A DNA stretch of 64,000 bases, taken from Ancylonema sp. Taxonomy: Eukaryota. The first letter of the stretch is position 1. Each line of letters starts with the position of its first letter. Under the pieces are notes generated by a model. It was given only the letters and a program-made list of their open reading frames with translations. It searched no databases and was not told the DNA's origin. The position numbers and the translations under genes are program-made. The DNA lies in the NCBI GenBank assembly GCA_050230475.1, contig JBFLGF010000196.1, forward strand, positions 1 through 64,000, given 5' to 3'. Below, piece by piece: positions 49,903 to 64,000 of the stretch.

Positions 49903-50335
49903 CTCTGTTCAATAGTCATTCAATAGTCATTCTGCACGACACAGGCTCCAGAAGTACGAAGCCATCGTCACTGAAAGCTAACCAGTTCAATCTGCTTTCC
50001 CCGAAAAATATCCGCGCAGGGACGTTCGCCAATTCATTCAATACTTCCAGAAAAGTACTCGTTCTGTCATTAATTTGAGACTCGAAGTACCGTACATCCT
50101 TTCCGGCCTTTCCGGCCTTTCCGTACAGCCTGGAGTTTCAGCAGTTTTCGTTACAACCGTCACCGGCTCGCTACAGAGGGCAGAGTGCGAACTGGGCTTG
50201 TGTGCCAGAAGAGCTATTTCTGACACCGGGGTCTCGCAAGATAGCAACAGGAGGGTCTGGTGCAGGAAGACTTCGCTCGATTCCTGTGTTGGTGCGACTG
50301 TAATATCTCGCTTGTATCAACTCAGGTCTGAAACT

Positions 50336-56031
<5,696 letters not shown>

Positions 56032-57284
56032 AGAAGTGTTGTTGTTTCTGTCCTAGCTTGGATATATGTATTGGATGTAGGTAGGAACTCAGCAGCTGAA
56101 TGTCTAAGTACGCCCTGGTGGCCCGCCATGATAAGAAGTGTCCACCAGGCTGGGTAGTTTCAGCAGAGCATCATTTGCTGATTAGGTAGTGGAGATATGA
56201 TGTTTGGTTAATCAGAGCAGACATTGCAATGCCTGTTCTAGAATGTAGTTGCAAATTATATCGTGTGGTAGTATGCGCATTTGTTTGCTACGGTAGTCTG
56301 CCTATTTGTTGAGGAAAACTTGGTAAGGTGAATGTCCCTTGACATGAACTTTCTTCGTAATGATTTTTCTTCGCTAGGAATGTAGCTGGATTCTCAAATG
56401 TAGCTGGAGTTTGACATGCACACACTACCCTTCTTCAGATCTGGTCAGGGATAATCACGGGACATGTCTTAAGCCCCACATAAAAACAAACTTTGCTGCA
56501 CTTTTGTTGCACTGAAAACATAGTTGTACCCGCGGAAATGCCCGCACCTAGTTCACACACACATCCGGAACAAAGACTTGTCCATTTGTTTTTCTACTCG
56601 ATTCGAATGATTTCGACTCCTCCCTTTGTTTTTGCCTTCCCATTTTGCATTGTGCCTCTTTGACAAGCGCATTTAAGTATGCCTGAAACAGGGAACAGAC
56701 TAATACGCATTCACTGTTTACAGCATAGTGAGGTTTACACTCCACCGAGCACACTCATGTTGACCTCACAGCGTGGGTGTCAGTCATATGTGCAAAGACG
56801 ACTGAAGAAAACTGCGGATAGGAATTCACTCGAATAGTCACTGATGGCCACTTCCTAACGACTATGGTGTTACAATAAGTGAAACCTGTCGGATACAAAG
56901 TTTACACTACTCAATCACAAATCATGCTGGTACCATATTCACAATGAAACTAAGTCGCCTAATTTCGCGGGCCTCTGCCTCTATTCTACGAAGCCGTTCC
57001 TTGAGATCTGATCCAACAAGGACTTTACATACACAACATTTACAGCTGTCCAACATCACCAAATGCGTTTTTGCTAAGTGCTAACAGCTCTGCGAACAGG
57101 TTGATGGATTGAGTATCCAGGCAAAATAAGAAGCCATGATTGTGGCAAATTGTGGTTATCCGAAGATGTAGGATTCCGTCCACGACAGCCACCTGTGTGG
57201 AGGTATCCAGTAGAAAAACTGATATGATGGTACGTGCTGGCAAATGGTAGAACTGACAAGGACGACAACAATGACAGATTGTGG

Positions 57285-60086
<2,802 letters not shown>

Positions 60087-60640
60087 GGAGAACTCGGACC
60101 TGAATGCGCGATTCAGAAGTGGTCTACATCTGAATAATCAGATTCAATATGAAGCTCTCAAGAAGAAAACAATTTCGAAATGACAGTCATAAGCCCGGCA
60201 CAGCTGGGTAAAACCGGTATTGTATCGATGCATGCGAGATGAAGGAGTTATAAACCTCCACTTTTCTATCGGAAATTCAAATCCTGATGGCGCGCGGGAC
60301 TCCCTTTGTCAGTCGGGTTTGGCCGACCGTCACGTCCGTTTTCCCGTCCGGATGCCCGTCCGTATGCCCGTCCCCACGTCAGCTTGTAACGACCACGTCA
60401 AAAATGGATCTGTCCCACGTGTAATGGCGACACAACGTCGGTCACCTGTTGTTGACTCAACACTACGACTTGGGGGTACCCGTTCTATCCACGTCCAACC
60501 GGCTGACGGGGACATTGGTGCCCCGGTTTTCTACTCGCTGTTCTTCTTGCTCTGATTTTCCTTGACAGATGTGCTGGTGTGGACTTCGCACTGGACAGAA
60601 AGAATACAACCCAACAGGCGGGCCAATTGCGCGAAGTACC

Positions 60641-62628
60641 ATGAACTGCGTCATGACCTCGGCTAGTCAGTTCTTGTCACCACAGTTCAGTTTCTGCAGT
60701 TCCGGGTCGCAATTTTCGGCAAGGACAGTCCCTGTCAGATTAGAGAAGCTTCCTGCAAGGCGTTATCGAAGCTGTTCTATGTCTTGCAGCTCGAATGACA
60801 ATTCAAAGGTGAGGTTTCACTTATGTTCAAATAAGCATGGAATTTCCACTTATTTCACCTGGTTAATGCTGTCGCTGATGGTACCCAGAATGTACAAGCG
60901 GTGCGCTCCGCCTCTACGCTGGTACCAGAAGACTTGATCTCCAGCTCTGTCAGCTTCCGGCTGTCTTGTTTTCGTTTGGGAGCACAAGCTGCAGTGGTCA
61001 CGGTACTGGCAGCCACTATTATGCAATCCGATGTTGCGTCTGCCTACATTGGCGGAGGGCCATACGGGAGGTAAAGCGCTGTCTATTCTGAAAGACTTGT
61101 GGTCCAGTCTCGTCAGTCTCGTAAATCACATTAAAAAATGAGTCCATCATAAGAAGTGCTGCTGTACAAAACCGAAACAAGTAGGACGAAAGCAGACCAA
61201 AAAAAAAAACAAAAAAAAACAAAAAAAAACTGAGGAGCAGGTGGTACAATTTGATATAGCTCCTGTTTCTTTCTTATAAAGAGAGAAACCGCATGGAATA
61301 GCTCGCTGACGCAGGATGTTCAATCGCGGTTGGCAGGATGGTGACCAGGGGCCAGGACTTGACGGGCAAGGACTTTAGCAGGCTTGACCTGACGCAGCAG
61401 GACTTCAAAACGGTAACTCTGAGTGAATCTCACCAAAGTCAGCAAGGGTTTGCTGAAATAAATTCTCTGTTGGCTTGTCAATGTTACTGACACGAGTGTG
61501 CTAAGTGGACTGCAGTCAATCTTACGGCAAGCCAATTTCCATGGCAGCAAACTACTCGGCGCATCCTTCTTCGACGCCGATTTGACTGGTATGTGTGACG
61601 GCACCTGGCCACGGCACTAATTCTCAAGTTCTTTGTGCCAATTTAAGCTTGGGGATTTGGCTTGGTGCTACGCAGGTGCGGACTTATCAGACTCGGATCT
61701 TCGGGGGGCAGACTTCTCTCTTACCAATGCTCAAAAGGTACTAATGACCAATCACATTTTAGACCAAGGATGCTACGAGTCAGGATGTTATCACGTTAAA
61801 GAGAAAGTGATGACTAACCTCCTACCGCTTACCTCCGGTGCAGGCTAATTTCACAAACGCCATCTATGAAGGTGCCACTGTGACTGGCAACACATCCTTC
61901 AAAAATGCGGTCATCACAGGCGCAGGTACGCCCTTTCATGTGTCATCTATGCTCAAGAAGTGAAGTGCTTTGTGAAGCTTTACGATGTCAGATTAAATAT
62001 TGGTAGGAAATAATATCTTGGCATCATTGTAATTGTGTGTGCGTGAACGCACATGAGGGCTCTCATATATTTCTCAGACTCCGCATCTACATCTTGTACT
62101 TTATAGGCCCATCATCTCCTCTTGCTTGCAGACTTCACTGACGTTCTTTTTAGAGAAGACCAACTCAATCTCCTTTGCAAGACCGCAAGCGGGTAAGTTT
62201 GTATCAATACATATCTTCATTTTGAGGTTGTAATCTTGATGAGAAATTCCGCTAATAGATTGATAAGTTCCAAATGTAGAGAATGTTTTGCCCACTTGAT
62301 GGCCTTTTGGTTTGTGAGGAGATTGGTATGCGTTGTGGTCGCGAACCCATCAACTCGCATCTACTCATAAAAAACAATGAAAAGAGAGTACAATTTCTTG
62401 AACATTATGCCCCACAGGGAAGGAGGAGGTAGAGTTAGGAATGCCATTTTTTTGCCTTCATTTCTTTTGAAAGCTTAGTGGAACAAGATTATCCAAGATT
62501 ATCCTTTGTGCTTTGTGCCCCGTATCAACAAGAATCTAAAAGGCTAGAAAGGGGGAATCGGTGTTTTTTTGAGCAGGACAAATCCCGTCACCGGAAATGT
62601 TACAAGAGAGACACTATTTTGCCGCTAG
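60641..62628 (+). CDS. Thylakoid lumenal 15-kDa pentapeptide-repeat protein (TL15-like), multi-exon
   Basis: Ser-rich transit-peptide-like first exon, then GGGPYG | VTRGQDLTGKDFS..QDFKT | SILRQANF..LLGASFFDADLT | GADLSDSDLRGADFSL | ANFTNA..GNTSF | DFTDVLFREDQ..LCKTASG | TNPVTGNVTRETLFCR*. Confidence 0.9.
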
Positions 62629-63221
62629 CCATGCTCATTATACACATGTTGTAAAGATTTGGATGACGGTTTTGTAGGCTCATGATGGGTGAAAGTTTTG
62701 TCTTAATGTATATGAGTCATTGTATGAAGTGAAACATGCATGCAATTTGATGCGTACTTGTTGTATTTAAGAAGTGTGTTTTGTAAATTTGAACACCCAG
62801 GTGGTGGCAAAAATGTCTCCCCAATTTCGTTACCACATCAGCGACGCTTCTTTCAAGAGACCTTGTCATATTGAACGCCGTGACTGGATCATTGGAGACT
62901 TTCCTTGATGCTATAACACCCTCTTTGTGGCTTTCGCAAAGCCACATACGAGCGGTCTTTTGGTCTTCTTGGTAAAAATGACTCAAGGATGTCCACGAGT
63001 GTGTAAAACATGGACACAAGTTGATGAGTTGCGGCACTCGTGAAAAGCTAAAAAAGGTGAACGGATGGAATTGCGGGGAGGTGGAGTCGTGATAGTCCTC
63101 CTCTTGAAAGATACCCTCGAGTGCAAGATGGGTGCCACCCCATACCAAATGGCACCATGTGGAACTATGGGCCCCCATATTCTTGAGCATCAAGTTTGTC
63201 AAGGTAGCAAGGAGGCAATCG

Positions 63222-63802
63222 TCACTTATGGAGTTGCTTTGCACGCCAATCCAGAAGATCGACTTCCTCGTCCTCGTCACTGTTGTCATCTGACTCTGCA
63301 TTATTTCCGTCGTCCCTTGGTTTCTTATCAACCATTACAGCATCTAAAGATCTCTTTGTAGCAGCGTCCTCCTTCTTTCTTCTCAATGCCTCCACCCTGT
63401 CTTGAATAGACCTGCATAAATACGTCCTTTCCATGTCAGAAGCAAGTGGCATTTACAGGTGGCACTAACACCGTAACAAGCTTCACTAAAACAAGAAAGA
63501 GTTTTCCATTTGCAAAAGGGTAAGAGGCATACCGCTGGATGATATTTTCCAATTGTTCTCGCTCCTCTGCAGCCTCGGCCTGCACCCAATCCTTCAATCA
63601 ATGGTTCAATTTGTAAGCAAGCCTTTCGATTCGTAATCCTGACTAACCCCCATACTCCCTTGGGTGCCAATGAAACTACGAGGCCCATATTCACCCTACA
63701 TAAAATAAAAAAATAAAAAATCTCACGTCTTCTTCAGCTTGCCGCGTGTCCACCACCTCGAGGTCCTCAGCCATAACTTTCTGAAACTCGGTCATTTCGT
63801 CC
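63222..63802 (-). CDS. 3' exons of a ZNF830/CCDC16-like gene (5' part outside the window)
   Basis: Exon DEMTEFQKVMAEDLEVVDTRQAEED and a terminal acidic tail SDDNSDEDEEVDLLDWRAKQLHK*. DWRAK is the typical C-terminal motif of this family. Confidence 0.7.
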
Positions 63803-64000
63803 CTGCAGCATACGGAGAATGATTGATGATGTCGGATGTCTTCTGGTCATGCTTCATCTGAGAAGGGTGACAGATAATCTTCGAGACTAGGGAACATCAT
63901 TGAGTGGAACAGAGCACCTTCACTAGCATGCATATATGCGTGTTAAATGAGGAACCAAACTCAGACTCAAGTTCAACTAGATAGGAACATTTAGTAAAGA

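Overview
Eukaryotic nuclear DNA from a green-lineage organism. A streptophyte alga or other early-diverging plant is inferred from the gene and transposon families, not proven. Bases 1-43,000 are nested transposable-element terrain around one orphan two-exon gene. They hold many non-autonomous hAT-type elements with 8-bp TSDs, a MULE-type MITE, a decayed CRE-like restriction-endonuclease LINE, a decayed full-length Ty1/copia element with TG..TA LTRs and a half-tRNA(iMet) primer site, a truncated chromovirus-like Ty3/gypsy element, and a ~4.6-kb quasi-palindrome with an apparently identical 829-bp core. The most unusual feature is an 11.4-kb retroelement (2215-13647) with the layout A-internal-B-A-B, which is a circular permutation of a two-LTR element. 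It sits inside a MITE with CACCC at both junctions and encodes an aspartic protease and a degenerate C5-DNA-methyltransferase-like domain, with no visible RT, integrase or recombinase. Bases 43,000-64,000 are a compact island of six intron-rich genes in strictly alternating orientation: PSMD9/Nas2-like, ADAT1/TAD1-like, an At3g24160-like type I membrane protein, katanin p60 (Walker-B Glu reads Val), a TL15-like pentapeptide-repeat protein, and the 3' part of a ZNF830/CCDC16-like gene. All calls come from reading the sequence and recalling motifs; no searches were run.
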